Under the pieces are notes generated by a model. It saw only the letters and a program-made list of their open reading frames with translations, did no database searches and was not told the DNA's origin. From NCBI GenBank assembly GCA_963830915.1, contig CAWHOE010000053.1, forward strand, positions 32,001 to 96,000: a stretch of DNA of 64,000 nt, written 5' to 3'. Each line of letters opens with the position of its first letter. Within the stretch, counting starts at the first letter, position 1. Below are positions 49,581 through 59,624 of this stretch, piece by piece. Made by a program: the position numbers and the translations under genes. The DNA is from a candidate division FCPU426 bacterium (lineage in GTDB: Bacteria; Oederibacteriota; Muellerivitia; Muellerivitales; Muellerivitaceae).

Positions 49581-50056
49581 ATGGCCATCATCCGCAAGGA
49601 AGCCAAAGTCGCCAGTTTCTTGAAAGAAGTGAATCTGTTCGAGGGATTGGAAAAGAAAGTCATCAATGACATTTTCAAGCTGGGTCTGGTCCAGAACTTC
49701 AAGACTGGGGACCTGATCATCCGGGAAGGCCAACCGGGAGGTAATCTGCACATCCTGATCGCCGGAAAAGCGGAAGTGTTGAAAGCGGTCAAAGGCAAAA
49801 AGAATGGGAAACGTCTTTCCACGCTGGACCGAGGTTCTGTTTTCGGTGAAATGAGCATCTTCGACGGAGCCCCTTCCTCAGCCACCATCCGAGCGATGGC
49901 GGAATGTGACATTCACATCATCCGCGGGTCGGATTTCGACCAATACCTAAAAGCCAACCCCAAGGTGGCTTACGAGGTACTTCGGACGCTCATCTGCTCT
50001 ATCTCCAACCGTTTCGCAGGGCCAACCTGGCCATATCGCTCACCAGCAAGGGTTGA
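49581..50056 (+). CDS. Stand-alone cNMP-binding domain protein; probable -1 indel near 50013 (ORF track runs to 50081)
   Basis: SD GGAGG + ATG 49581; IIREGQPG, FGEMSIFDGAPSSA. Adding one base gives SNR.RRANLAISLTSKG*, like the 13932 paralog, and ends before the terminator. Confidence 0.8.
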
Positions 50057-50074
50057 ATTAGATCCTAGCCGTAA

Positions 50075-50116
50075 AATATAAAAGGCCGGACCCTTCAGGG
50101 TCCGGCCTTTTATATT
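50075..50116. terminator. Bidirectional rho-independent terminator
   Basis: Perfect 19-bp arms AATATAAAAGGCCGGACCC-TTCA-GGGTCCGGCCTTTTATATT between convergent genes. Confidence 0.9.
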
Positions 50117-50142
50117 CCGGGAAAACTTGTTTTAAAAAGTTT

Positions 50143-50907
50143 TTATTTTGGGGGAGCAATGAACTGGGTCGTCACGTCCCCGTTGAAGGCCATCACCCCC
50201 ACATGGGTCAGGCGGCTTTGCAGATCCACCCATATCTCCCCGCCCATATCCTTCCATCGCTTGCAGAAACTATAATCCTCGCTCAGATAGGTTCCCGTGG
50301 CCTCGTCGATAAGGCAGTTGAAAAGGGCGCAACGATACTTGGAATTCCTGAGCGGATCCTCCGCCTGGTGCTCTCGGGAATACCTCAAGTCCGAATAATG
50401 TTCCATCATGGAAAGAAGAGCCGCACGCTTGATCATCAAGAATCCCGTGCCTGCGTAGCGGGCCTTCGCGAAGCCGTTCTTGGCCTCGATCTTGGCCGGG
50501 TCCTCGAACTCCAGAACATAGGACAACGAGGATTGTTCCAGGGTTTTCACATCCGCCTTGGCCAATTGTGCGACCTTATCCCAATCGATCCTTTTAGTAG
50601 GATAGACTCCCGCCGCCACGTCCACGTTGAAATCCAGGAGCCTGAAGACTTGTTGGGGGTCGAAAGCGATATCCGCGTCGATGAAAAGCAGGTGGGTTCC
50701 GGCTGAGTTCTCCAGAAAATGGGCGAGGATATTCTGCCTCACCCGAGTGATCAAGGCGTCACCCCAGGGCATCAAAACGCTCATGTCGATCCCGCCCCTC
50801 TGGGCGCAGGCGTTCTGTAACCGCATCAGGGAAGTGGTGTAAACGCTGGCAACCTGGCCCCCGTAACAGGGTGTGCCGATGACAAGATGGGTTCTGGGGT
50901 CGCTCAC
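50143..50907 (-). CDS. GT-A fold glycosyltransferase-like protein
   Basis: IGTPCYGG, LITRVRQ, THLLFIDAD (DxD), GTGFLMIKR, SEDYSFC. Confidence 0.75.
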   Translation of the reverse strand: MSDPRTHLVIGTPCYGGQVASVYTTSLMRLQNACAQRGGIDMSVLMPWGDALITRVRQNILAHFLENSAGTHLLFIDADIAFDPQQVFRLLDFNVDVAAGVYPTKRIDWDKVAQLAKADVKTLEQSSLSYVLEFEDPAKIEAKNGFAKARYAGTGFLMIKRAALLSMMEHYSDLRYSREHQAEDPLRNSKYRCALFNCLIDEATGTYLSEDYSFCKRWKDMGGEIWVDLQSRLTHVGVMAFNGDVTTQFIAPPK

Positions 50908-50976
50908 AATGAGGCGAGTTTAACGGACGCTTGGGAAGGGTTCAACGGAAAAAGGGCCAGTGGTCTTTGATCTGAC

Positions 50977-51507
50977 TCACTTGGTTTTCGTGGATGATTC
51001 TCGAAAAAGATCGATGATATTCTTGTGCTCTAGATACATATGCTCAAAGAGGGCGTCGTGGACATCAAAATCCCCCTCATCGTTGAGCCTTTTCAGCACT
51101 TCCTTGACGCAGTAATAACGCGGACCCGGACCCCCGCTCCTCAATTCTTCCTCATCCTTCCAAAATTCTTGAAGATCTTTGGAAATGCCCTGAACCGCCG
51201 TCCGGAAAGTTTCCACCTCCTGAGCGTCCGACATCCTCACCGTCGCGAGAACCCGGATGCATTCGAAAACATAATCCCGGATGACCGAATCCAGGAATTC
51301 CCTCTCGAACTCGGAGGCAATGATATCTTCCTTCAAGGTCTGAACTAGATTGCAATCGCTCAGGGCCAGGACCAGCTTGAAATACTCCCCGGTCCTGGAT
51401 GGGTCGGGATTCTTGATCTTCTGGAGTATTTCAATGGTTTCTTGAATGCCCGTTACCTTGACCAACTTCCGGGCTATGTCCAAACCGCTGGTTTTTTTGG
51501 AGAACAT
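50977..51507 (-). CDS. Hypothetical protein
   Basis: 176-aa ATG ORF filling the gap between neighbours; no recognised motif. Confidence 0.65.
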   Translation of the reverse strand: MFSKKTSGLDIARKLVKVTGIQETIEILQKIKNPDPSRTGEYFKLVLALSDCNLVQTLKEDIIASEFEREFLDSVIRDYVFECIRVLATVRMSDAQEVETFRTAVQGISKDLQEFWKDEEELRSGGPGPRYYCVKEVLKRLNDEGDFDVHDALFEHMYLEHKNIIDLFRESSTKTK

Positions 51508-51586
51508 GGATTAAGTATACCCCCACACCTTGGAAGGCTTCCTTTTTAAACCCGCGGGAAAGTTTTCTATACGATCCTTATCAAGT

Positions 51587-52384
51587 TCATTGTTTGGTCA
51601 GCTTATCCTGGACCTTGAAAATCTCCGCGCGGACCGCTCCGCTGATGGGGGACCCAGGGATTTTTTCCGCGGACCGCAGTTTCTGAAGCGCCCCTTCCAA
51701 GTCCCCCTCCTCAACCATACATAAACCCCAATAATAGAAAGACTGCGCGTCTTTTGGGTTCAACTCGGTCACCTTCTTGAACTTTTGGGCCGCCCGGTCG
51801 TACTGGCCCCAATCGTAAAGCGTCATACCCCAATCATAATAGGCGTCCACAAAAGCGGGATTAGCCTCCACGGCCTTCTGGAATTTTCCTATGGCCTCCG
51901 CCCTTTTCCCCTGTTGTCCCAGGATGATCCCCCAATCGGTATAAGCCTGGGGGTCCTTGGGATCGACCTCAAGCGCTTTTCCGCATTTTTCGATCGCCTG
52001 ATCATAGTCCCCCATCGAGACCAAGGCCTGGCTCCATTGGTAATAGACATGGGGCAACCGGGGGTCGAGTCTGGCGGCTTCCTGGTATTTCTCGCAAGCT
52101 TCGCCCAATCCTCCCATTCGGCTCAAAGCCAAACCCCAGTGATAGAAATACTTGGCGTTTTGCGGGTCCAACTCGGTCGCTTTCTGGAACTTCGACGCGG
52201 CATCCTCATACTTTCCCAGGCTTTCCAGGGTAAGACCCCAGCGGTCATAAGCATCGGTGTCGTTAGGGTTCTTTTGCAGAAGCTTTTGATATTCGGCTAT
52301 CTTTTGTTCCCCGGTCTGGGCATAGACCGATATCGGGCAAAACATCAGGAGAAAAACAAATACTGGGAAAATAATTTTCCGCAC
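51587..52384 (-). CDS. Exported TPR-repeat protein
   Basis: Signal peptide and about six TPR units (AY..WG..L...G.Y..A..KF.KA.EL.P). Confidence 0.9.
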   Translation of the reverse strand: MRKIIFPVFVFLLMFCPISVYAQTGEQKIAEYQKLLQKNPNDTDAYDRWGLTLESLGKYEDAASKFQKATELDPQNAKYFYHWGLALSRMGGLGEACEKYQEAARLDPRLPHVYYQWSQALVSMGDYDQAIEKCGKALEVDPKDPQAYTDWGIILGQQGKRAEAIGKFQKAVEANPAFVDAYYDWGMTLYDWGQYDRAAQKFKKVTELNPKDAQSFYYWGLCMVEEGDLEGALQKLRSAEKIPGSPISGAVRAEIFKVQDKLTKQ

Positions 52385-52512
52385 GAACCAACTCCAGGAG
52401 AAAACATGATCTTCAGCAAGAACAGACCGCTATTTTACTATTTTTTGCCGGTTTAAAAACCTTGTGATTTAAAAGTAACGATTGCGAAAGATCAAACCGC
52501 TAAAATAATCCT

Positions 52513-53013
52513 ATGAATTCGATCCGCCCCTATCGCCCCGATGATTTTAAATCTTGCCTGGCCATCATCAACGATGGAGCCCAGGCCTATAAAGGTGTCA
52601 TTCCATCCGACCGCTGGCATGAACCCTATATGACCCGTGAATACCTACAGGACGAGATCGAAAAAGGCGTTCGTTTCTGGGTTTATGAGGAAGATGGGAT
52701 TCCCATCGGGGTCATGGGCATCCAGAATATTCAGGACGTTACGTTAATACGCCACGCCTATGTCCGAACAGCCCATCGGCAAAAAGGCATTGGGGGAAAG
52801 CTATTGACCTTCCTGATGGAAAAGACTGAACGACCCATATTGATTGGCACCTGGGCCTCGGCCCATTGGGCCATTCGGTTCTATGAAAAATATGGATTCA
52901 AAATGGTAAGCGACACTGAGAAGAACCTTCTATTAAGAACCTATTGGTCCATCCCTGAAAGACAGGTCGAGACTTCGGTGGTCCTGGTCGATGAAAAATG
53001 GCCTAAAGTTTGA
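52513..53013 (+). CDS. GNAT family acetyltransferase
   Basis: RQKGIGGKLL (motif A), AIRFYEKYGF. Confidence 0.9.
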   Translation: MNSIRPYRPDDFKSCLAIINDGAQAYKGVIPSDRWHEPYMTREYLQDEIEKGVRFWVYEEDGIPIGVMGIQNIQDVTLIRHAYVRTAHRQKGIGGKLLTFLMEKTERPILIGTWASAHWAIRFYEKYGFKMVSDTEKNLLLRTYWSIPERQVETSVVLVDEKWPKV

Positions 53014-53126
53014 TTTTTGACGCATTCAGTTATTGGGTTTTATAGGATTTCGCTTAATTAGATATTTTGTTCAATTTTTAGGACTAAAATAACCATATGC
53101 CTGTCTAAAGGTATGCGAGGCAAAAT

Positions 53127-54437
53127 ATGACTAAGAACTTCTTAATTCTGTTCGCATTTCTTCTTTGCTTTGGATCAATCCAGGTTTATGCCCAAACTTC
53201 CCCCACAGACACACCTTCTGAAACTCCTACAGCGTCAGCGACTCCGACAGCTACAGGTTGTGCGGCCGTGGGTAACGTATTTCATATTCTGGCAAATCCC
53301 GTTTCGGGGGGCACTACTGTTGGAATTTCGGGCCAGATTGAAAACGCTGGTATACCAGGAACATTATGTACCGATTCATATTATTACGTTACTTCTATAA
53401 CCTTTAGTTTTACTCTCACCGGAAATCTTTCTACTGAAATCCAGCAGGTTCAGCTTTGGGATTATTGGGGAGGCTCTCTATTAGCTTCCGGCCCCTTGTT
53501 GGGGAACTCGATCACTTTTACCGGCTCACCCTTATTTGGTACAGGTTATGTCTTGGCTTTTGTACTCTCTCCAATCGCTTCAGGAACAATAGACACATCC
53601 ATTCCGTGGAGTCCATACGGGGGCATTCAAGGTTATGGTAATTCCGGCTTCTTCTATGTTGGTGGCGATCCTGATAGCGGAATTCTCACTGTGAATCCTG
53701 CAATAACTGCGACTCCAATAACGGCCAGCCCCACTCTCACGAACACACCTGTCGCGACCGATACACCGACTAACTCCAGTACCCCAACAATGACCAACAC
53801 ACCTACCAGCTCGGCTTCTTCCACCAATACGGTCACATCCACATTCACTTTCACCACTACTTCTTCTCCAACATATACCGGTACCCCAACGAATTCTTTT
53901 ACCCCTACCGATTCTGCCACTTCCACCATGACCAACACTCCTACGTCCACCCCAACCTGTTCCTACACAGCTACCATTTCAGACACCCCAACGATCACCG
54001 ACACTCCAACAAATACTTATACATCTACCAATACACCCAGCCCAACGATGACTTCTACCCCAACTTTCAGCCCCACTATCACGGATACACCCACCATAAC
54101 CGACACACCGACCATGACTTCAACTATAACTTTATCACCAACTTCGACCTACGTTTCTCCTTCAGTGCCCGTCCTTTATCCAAATCCGTCGGATGGTATT
54201 CACCCTGTCCTTTTAATGCTCCCTCCCCATTCTCTTGTCTCGACCGTAAAAGTGAAGGTCTATACCGTGGGGTTGAGAAAAATCCGGGAATACACCTTCT
54301 CGCATCCAACACCAGGCTCAAGTCTATCGTTAGATTTAAAAGATAGCGGGGGAAAATCTTTGTCGAGCGGACTTTACTACTTATCGGTTAATGCTTCCGG
54401 TAAAATTTCCATCGTGAAATTGCTTATCATTCGATAA
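53127..54437 (+). CDS. Secreted protein: unknown ~150-aa beta-rich domain + Thr/Pro linker + YPNP C-terminal domain
   Basis: Signal peptide ending VYA; T-x-T linker; VPVLYPNP...GLYYL...KLLIIR. Confidence 0.82.
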   Translation: MTKNFLILFAFLLCFGSIQVYAQTSPTDTPSETPTASATPTATGCAAVGNVFHILANPVSGGTTVGISGQIENAGIPGTLCTDSYYYVTSITFSFTLTGNLSTEIQQVQLWDYWGGSLLASGPLLGNSITFTGSPLFGTGYVLAFVLSPIASGTIDTSIPWSPYGGIQGYGNSGFFYVGGDPDSGILTVNPAITATPITASPTLTNTPVATDTPTNSSTPTMTNTPTSSASSTNTVTSTFTFTTTSSPTYTGTPTNSFTPTDSATSTMTNTPTSTPTCSYTATISDTPTITDTPTNTYTSTNTPSPTMTSTPTFSPTITDTPTITDTPTMTSTITLSPTSTYVSPSVPVLYPNPSDGIHPVLLMLPPHSLVSTVKVKVYTVGLRKIREYTFSHPTPGSSLSLDLKDSGGKSLSSGLYYLSVNASGKISIVKLLIIR

Positions 54438-54451
54438 GCAAAACCAACTAT

Positions 54452-55585
54452 TCAACCTTCCGGTTGGTAAAAGGACTTCACCGCTTGAAGGATGCGTTTG
54501 TGGATCTCGCTCACCACTTCCGCGCTGGTTTTCGCTTTCTGGAAATTTTGGTTCACTTCCAGGGCCTTTCGAACTTCCCTCAACGAGCCATCCACGATCA
54601 GACTGGATTTCACCAATTGCGCGATGCCATAATGCAGGTGCAGATCGGCATAGTTGGGATTCTCTTTGACCAGTTTTTCTAACCTCCCAATGTAAGCTTC
54701 CGTCTCCTGCATCCCGACTTCCTGGTCTTGATATAGAAGTTTTAGGACATAGAGATAAATAGTTTCCGACCCTGTCTTGGAAATGTATTTGGGGCGGGAA
54801 TCCAACAAGGTTTGATAAACTTTCGTGAAATCCTCTCCGGCCAGCCCATCCAACGCTCCCTGAACCTCCTCGTTCATCATCCGGGGATTCGCCTGCAACG
54901 CCATCTTCGCTTCTGTCTGGGCCTCCGACAGATAGCTTTGGACCGTTGGTTCGTCCATCTGGCCTTTTTTCTGGGCCAATAATCCCATATCGGCCGTGGC
55001 CATTTTCCAATGAGCCTCGGCGTAGGCCGGATTGATCTCCAGGGCTTTAAGATAACAATTCCTCGCCTGCTCGAAATCGCCCAAGTACAAATTGACATTC
55101 CCCAGATAGAAAAGCATGTCAGGATAGCCGGGCGCTGTCGACAAGGCAGTTTCCAGGACCGTTTTGGCGTTCTCGAAATCCTCCAAAAGGATCAGGGAGA
55201 TACCCTCGTATTTGGAAGCCTGGACATGAAGAGGATTCAGCTCCAGGGCTTTCTTGAATTGGCGAAGAGCGTCCGAAAAGAAACCGAAAGAAAGGAGCGA
55301 TACCCCGACCATAAAACAAACATCCGGCGTGGGATTCTCGTTAGATTTCCCCCGGATATTGAAGATGGTCTGGATCTCACCGACAAGGGTATCGTGATTC
55401 TGGGAGATCAGGTCGCTGCCATCCTCCTGGGTTCCGGGAATGATGTTCCATTCCCGTTGGCAGACATATTGGCCATTGGATTGAACGGTGGAGACAAGCT
55501 GCTTTTGCGCTGGGTCGAGGGAAGTCTCAATGGAGAGCTTCTTGTCGTCGATCTCCACCATGGTTCTTAAGGGTTGGTTTTTCAA
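54452..55585 (-). CDS. TPR-repeat protein
   Basis: FKKALELNP, YPDMLFYLGN, ALEINPAYAEAH, NPNYADLH. Confidence 0.8.
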   Translation of the reverse strand: MKNQPLRTMVEIDDKKLSIETSLDPAQKQLVSTVQSNGQYVCQREWNIIPGTQEDGSDLISQNHDTLVGEIQTIFNIRGKSNENPTPDVCFMVGVSLLSFGFFSDALRQFKKALELNPLHVQASKYEGISLILLEDFENAKTVLETALSTAPGYPDMLFYLGNVNLYLGDFEQARNCYLKALEINPAYAEAHWKMATADMGLLAQKKGQMDEPTVQSYLSEAQTEAKMALQANPRMMNEEVQGALDGLAGEDFTKVYQTLLDSRPKYISKTGSETIYLYVLKLLYQDQEVGMQETEAYIGRLEKLVKENPNYADLHLHYGIAQLVKSSLIVDGSLREVRKALEVNQNFQKAKTSAEVVSEIHKRILQAVKSFYQPEG

Positions 55586-55695
55586 GGTGTTCCCTTTGAT
55601 GAGAAACTACCCTTAATTGTAGGCCCAAGGTAATGCGGTTACCATTGGATATTTACCTGTTATTTCCCGCATTTATGAACGGATGGGATCAGGGT

Positions 55696-55750
55696 AAAAA
55701 AAAAGACCGGCGAGCAGGCTTTCTGCCTGTCCGACGGTCCTTTTCTTTTT
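55696..55750 (-). terminator. Probable terminator of the ETF operon
   Basis: Imperfect GC hairpin (GACCG..CAGGC..GCCTG..CGGTC) flanked by A and T tracts, just after the etfA stop. Confidence 0.6.
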
Positions 55751-55757
55751 TCGAGGA

Positions 55758-56771
55758 TCAACCTAATAGTTCGTTGACCTTTTCCATGACCTTGAAGGCG
55801 TCGGCGACATAAAGGATGTCGGCCTTGCCCTGGGCCCACCCACAATTGGGATTGAGATTGACCGCCCGGCGCTCATTAACAAAACGCCAGCCCACCGTAT
55901 GGGGCTCTTCCCCATGACAGCAGGTCGCCAGTCCCTTGGGATGGCGGGGTGTGGAACCCGTCTGCCCGACCTGGTTCAGGTGGCTCATGAAGGTCATGAC
56001 CGCCCCTTCCCCGCTCTGGTCCACCAGTGACTTGCTGCTTCCCAGGGAGGACTGGGTCTTGTCCAGGAAACCCAGGATGAGCTTTTCGGCTTCCGGCAGA
56101 TGTACCTGCCCGTCCGCCTGCTTTTTCCCCCAACCGGCTCCTGCTACGAACAACAGATTCGCGTCAGGACGAATGGTCTGGGTGCCTGAGGAGGGCGACC
56201 TTAAGCCCTCCACTTTGCTTTTGGAAGCTGGCGCTGTAAAAGAAACCTTTTCGGCGGCCAAAGTACCGCTTCCCGTCATGGCCGGATAAGTTCCGGCATC
56301 GACCGTCAGGAACCAAGGCCTTTGGGTCCTTTTGACCTGGCTGGACATGCGTTGACGGTATAACCAACGGGTCACTAGGGGAACTCCGCCCTCGGCAGTA
56401 ACCTCGGTCAGATGGGTATCGACCTTGCCGCCCACCCTCTGGGACACACCGGCGATGATCCTCTGCATCCGGGAAGAGGCCGGGGCGAGAACGATGGTGG
56501 CGCCCGAGGCTTTTACCAACGCCTCACAAGCCGCGGCGTCAGTGGAATAACGGGCTTGGGCCAGGGTTCCGTCCTCGACCGTCAGGGCTTTCTCGAAACC
56601 AGCCCCCGCCAATTGGGCAGGAGCCTCTATTTTTCCCCCGAAAAGTCCGGCGACCAACTTGGCCCCGCCCAGGCCCTCGGACAGTTTCTTGGCGGCGGAA
56701 GCCGCTTCCAATCCGGCTTTAGCGATCTTCCCATCGGCCTCGACGGCCGTCAGTAAAAGAATGGTTTCCAT
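55758..56771 (-). CDS. etfA: Electron transfer flavoprotein alpha subunit (divergent)
   Basis: Operon position; VAGAGWG, QVGQTG and ADILYVAD FAD-domain remnants. Confidence 0.8.
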   Translation of the reverse strand: METILLLTAVEADGKIAKAGLEAASAAKKLSEGLGGAKLVAGLFGGKIEAPAQLAGAGFEKALTVEDGTLAQARYSTDAAACEALVKASGATIVLAPASSRMQRIIAGVSQRVGGKVDTHLTEVTAEGGVPLVTRWLYRQRMSSQVKRTQRPWFLTVDAGTYPAMTGSGTLAAEKVSFTAPASKSKVEGLRSPSSGTQTIRPDANLLFVAGAGWGKKQADGQVHLPEAEKLILGFLDKTQSSLGSSKSLVDQSGEGAVMTFMSHLNQVGQTGSTPRHPKGLATCCHGEEPHTVGWRFVNERRAVNLNPNCGWAQGKADILYVADAFKVMEKVNELLG

Positions 56772-56783
56772 TTCTAATGTCCT

Positions 56784-57593
56784 TTATTTGGTTTTGATCC
56801 AGTCCACTATTTCCTTTGCGACCTGTTCCACCGGCATGTCCTTGATGACCTTGGTATCCCTCTTTTGTTTGGGCAGGACCACCGATTGGAAGGTAAGCCC
56901 TTCCCCGGTAAGCTTCACGGCCTTCGCTTTTTGCAAGGTAGGCATAAGTGTCTTCATGTTGGCCATCCCCACCTGGGGATTGTTGGGCGGTTCAGCCAGA
57001 TTGCCCGTGGCCCAGCCCACGACCGCGGGGGGGCCGGAGAGGACGGAAACTTGATGCTTCCCTCCCTCTACCCTTTCCAATATCTCCATTGAGCCGTCGC
57101 TGTTGACCTTCAATTGATCCACGCCCTGGAATTGCTCTGTCAGCCCAAGCTTCTCTCCCAGGATAGCCAAGGTCGCGCCGGCTCCCCGGGAAGCCGATTC
57201 CCAACCGCCAAAAAGAAGCAGGTTGTTTTTATCAAGACCGGGAATGGCCTGGATGGCTTCCGCCAAGGCCGAGGCGCACTCGCCCGGGTCGGTGAAGCCG
57301 TTGGCTGGGGCGTCCACAGGAACCAGTTCGAAAGGGGCTTTCTGGGCCAGGGCCATCATGACCTGCTGGATCTTTCCTTTAGGGGCCGCGCAGGCCAGGT
57401 AGACCTTGCTTCCCGCGTTGGCTTTCGCCAGGGCCGAGGCCTCATAAAGGGCGCTGGCCGCCCAAGGGTCCAGGATGGCGGGCAGCATGGCCTCGTTCTT
57501 CAGGCTCGGGCCCGTGGGACCGGTCACCGGTTCCAGGGTCTGTAGCGGATCTGGCACCAACCCCCCGCAAACGACGATGTGATAAGCACCCAT
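56784..57593 (-). CDS. etfB: Electron transfer flavoprotein beta subunit (divergent)
   Basis: SD AAGGAG + ATG 57593; IVVCGGLVPDP, LLLFGGWES, ERVEGG, PAVV. Confidence 0.8.
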   Translation of the reverse strand: MGAYHIVVCGGLVPDPLQTLEPVTGPTGPSLKNEAMLPAILDPWAASALYEASALAKANAGSKVYLACAAPKGKIQQVMMALAQKAPFELVPVDAPANGFTDPGECASALAEAIQAIPGLDKNNLLLFGGWESASRGAGATLAILGEKLGLTEQFQGVDQLKVNSDGSMEILERVEGGKHQVSVLSGPPAVVGWATGNLAEPPNNPQVGMANMKTLMPTLQKAKAVKLTGEGLTFQSVVLPKQKRDTKVIKDMPVEQVAKEIVDWIKTK

Positions 57594-57660
57594 GAATTTC
57601 TCCTTGTTCGAATTAAGCCGTCCTTGAATGACGGCATTGGAAAAAACCACTGCCAAAAAT

Positions 57661-57740
57661 TTCACCACAGAGGTACAGAGACATAACTTTTAATGATTAA
57701 TTATTTAAAAGCTGAGTCTATGTGTCTCTGTGGTAAAAAT
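57661..57740. repeat. REP-like intergenic palindromic element (ACCACAGAG ... CTCTGTGGT)
   Basis: Inverted arms TTCACCACAGAG and CTCTGTGGTAAAA around an AT-rich spacer; related arm at 63618-63642. Confidence 0.7.
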
Positions 57741-57754
57741 TCCTGATATGACGG

Positions 57755-59614
57755 CTAGTTTTCCGCCGAGTGCAGACCACCTGCGCCTGCCCGGAAGTCC
57801 AGGTTGGTCTTTCCGGTCACGGCCTCGAAGAGCTCGACGCAATTCCAGATACAGGCTCCACAATGGACGCATTTCTCGCGGTCGAAAGCCGGCACTCCGC
57901 CGTCCCCCACCGCCAGGGCCTGGCCCGAGCACATGGCCACGCAAAGCTTACGGTCGCAGGTCTTGCAAAGCTCGGGCTTCAGGATGACCACATGGTCGGC
58001 GAAACCGGGGGGAGCCTGGACCTTGCCTCCCATCAACAAAGCGTCCTGTTGGGACACCAGAAGCTTTCCATCCATCTCGATCTGGGGCCAACCAGCCTTT
58101 TCCATCAAGGCTTCATGGAAACCCATATTGTTATTCTCAGCCTGCTTGAGGATCGAGGCGATCTCCTCCGGGGGGATCCTTCCCTTGTAATAGTCCTCGA
58201 CCTTGGGGATCCGCTGGTGGGGCGGCAGGGGCTTGGAGGGCCAGGAAAGGGCGCCGCCCGAGAACCCCGCCAGTGCCATCCCCAGCATTCCCTGGACGAA
58301 ACCACTCTGGAAACCATTGCGGGCCTTCTCGGCCGTGACCCCTTCTTGATGCACCCAACTGTTGCGGCGGTGCTTCACGTATGTCTGTTCCAGGTCCACT
58401 TTCCCGAAAGGCTTGTTCATCCTTAAAAGTTCCAGGACCCCTTCGGCCAATTGGACTCCCGTAGCCCAGGCCTCGTCCACACCCGAGCCCGTCAGGACGT
58501 TGGTGGAACCGGACCCTTCACCTATCCGGGCAAAACCGTCGCCCACCAGATAGGGTTCCCCCATCATTCCCGACTCTTGCAGGGACTTGGCGCCCCAGGA
58601 CCGGAGGGTGGATCCCTCCAGATGCTTCCAGAGGGCTGGATGTTTCATCCAATGTTGTAAGTACTTGTATCCGGTACGGGCTGGGTTATCGAACCAGGAC
58701 GGCACGAAGATTCCGGCGGTGGCGACATTGCCGGGGAAAACATAGAGGAAGCCGAAGATCTCCGGTTCGGGATACCCGAAAGTGTGCAGGACCATGCCGG
58801 GTTTGAGTTTGGTGTCCGGCGGCAGGTCCACGACCACCTTCATCCCCACGGCCCATTCGTACTGGTGGTGGTTCGGGGGTAAACCCAGTTTGTTATCGAG
58901 CTGGCGGCCGATCGGCCCCACCGGCCCGTCCCCGACGACCGTCAGGGCGGCTTTGATATCCATGCCGGGCATGAAGCCCGCCTCAGGGTTACCTTTTTTA
59001 TCGACCCCCTGGTCGGCCATCCGAACTCCCACGACCTTGCCGTTTTCGAAGAGCGCCTCAGCGACCGGAGTCCCGGGCCATATCTGCATCATCCCCGACA
59101 TCATCAATTGGGAACCGACCCATTGGTTGAACTGTCCCAGGGAGAAAGCCAATCCGTCCTTCTTGTGCAGGAAGGGGGGGATATAAGGCAGGGCCATGGC
59201 CTTATCTTTGGTCAGCCCGGGAATGATTTTCAGGAAAAAGTCTGCGACCTTCACCAGGAAGGGCCTTCGGCTGGCGCCGATCGGATCCAGGAGATAGAGG
59301 ACTTCCTCTCCCGTGACGGGTGAGAACAGGGGAACGTTCTCGGGATTCAGATCGGGGAAAGAAGCCTTGATCGCCCTTGCGCGCGTGACCACACCCGAGA
59401 CCCCGTAGGAAAAATCATCCGCCCTTTCGTAGCAAAGCACCTGGAGGGGCGAACCCGGCGTTACCCGGCTCTCGAAGGCGGGAGTGCCGTCTTCCTTGAT
59501 CATACCCTTGGCAAGCGTGGTCAGGAACCCGCCGGTAGCGGGACCAAAACCCACGCAGACGATATCGGCTTCCATCGTCTGGCGTTCGACCGCTTGGGAG
59601 TTGTTCTCGCTCAC
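57755..59614 (-). CDS. ETF:quinone oxidoreductase-like flavoprotein with fused ferredoxin (FixC-FixX-like)
   Basis: DIVCVGFGPA, WGAKSLQESG, IGEGSG; C-terminal CKTC....C...C and CVHCGACIWNC. Confidence 0.85.
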   Translation of the reverse strand: MSENNSQAVERQTMEADIVCVGFGPATGGFLTTLAKGMIKEDGTPAFESRVTPGSPLQVLCYERADDFSYGVSGVVTRARAIKASFPDLNPENVPLFSPVTGEEVLYLLDPIGASRRPFLVKVADFFLKIIPGLTKDKAMALPYIPPFLHKKDGLAFSLGQFNQWVGSQLMMSGMMQIWPGTPVAEALFENGKVVGVRMADQGVDKKGNPEAGFMPGMDIKAALTVVGDGPVGPIGRQLDNKLGLPPNHHQYEWAVGMKVVVDLPPDTKLKPGMVLHTFGYPEPEIFGFLYVFPGNVATAGIFVPSWFDNPARTGYKYLQHWMKHPALWKHLEGSTLRSWGAKSLQESGMMGEPYLVGDGFARIGEGSGSTNVLTGSGVDEAWATGVQLAEGVLELLRMNKPFGKVDLEQTYVKHRRNSWVHQEGVTAEKARNGFQSGFVQGMLGMALAGFSGGALSWPSKPLPPHQRIPKVEDYYKGRIPPEEIASILKQAENNNMGFHEALMEKAGWPQIEMDGKLLVSQQDALLMGGKVQAPPGFADHVVILKPELCKTCDRKLCVAMCSGQALAVGDGGVPAFDREKCVHCGACIWNCVELFEAVTGKTNLDFRAGAGGLHSAEN

Positions 59615-59624
59615 TGACTTAGTC

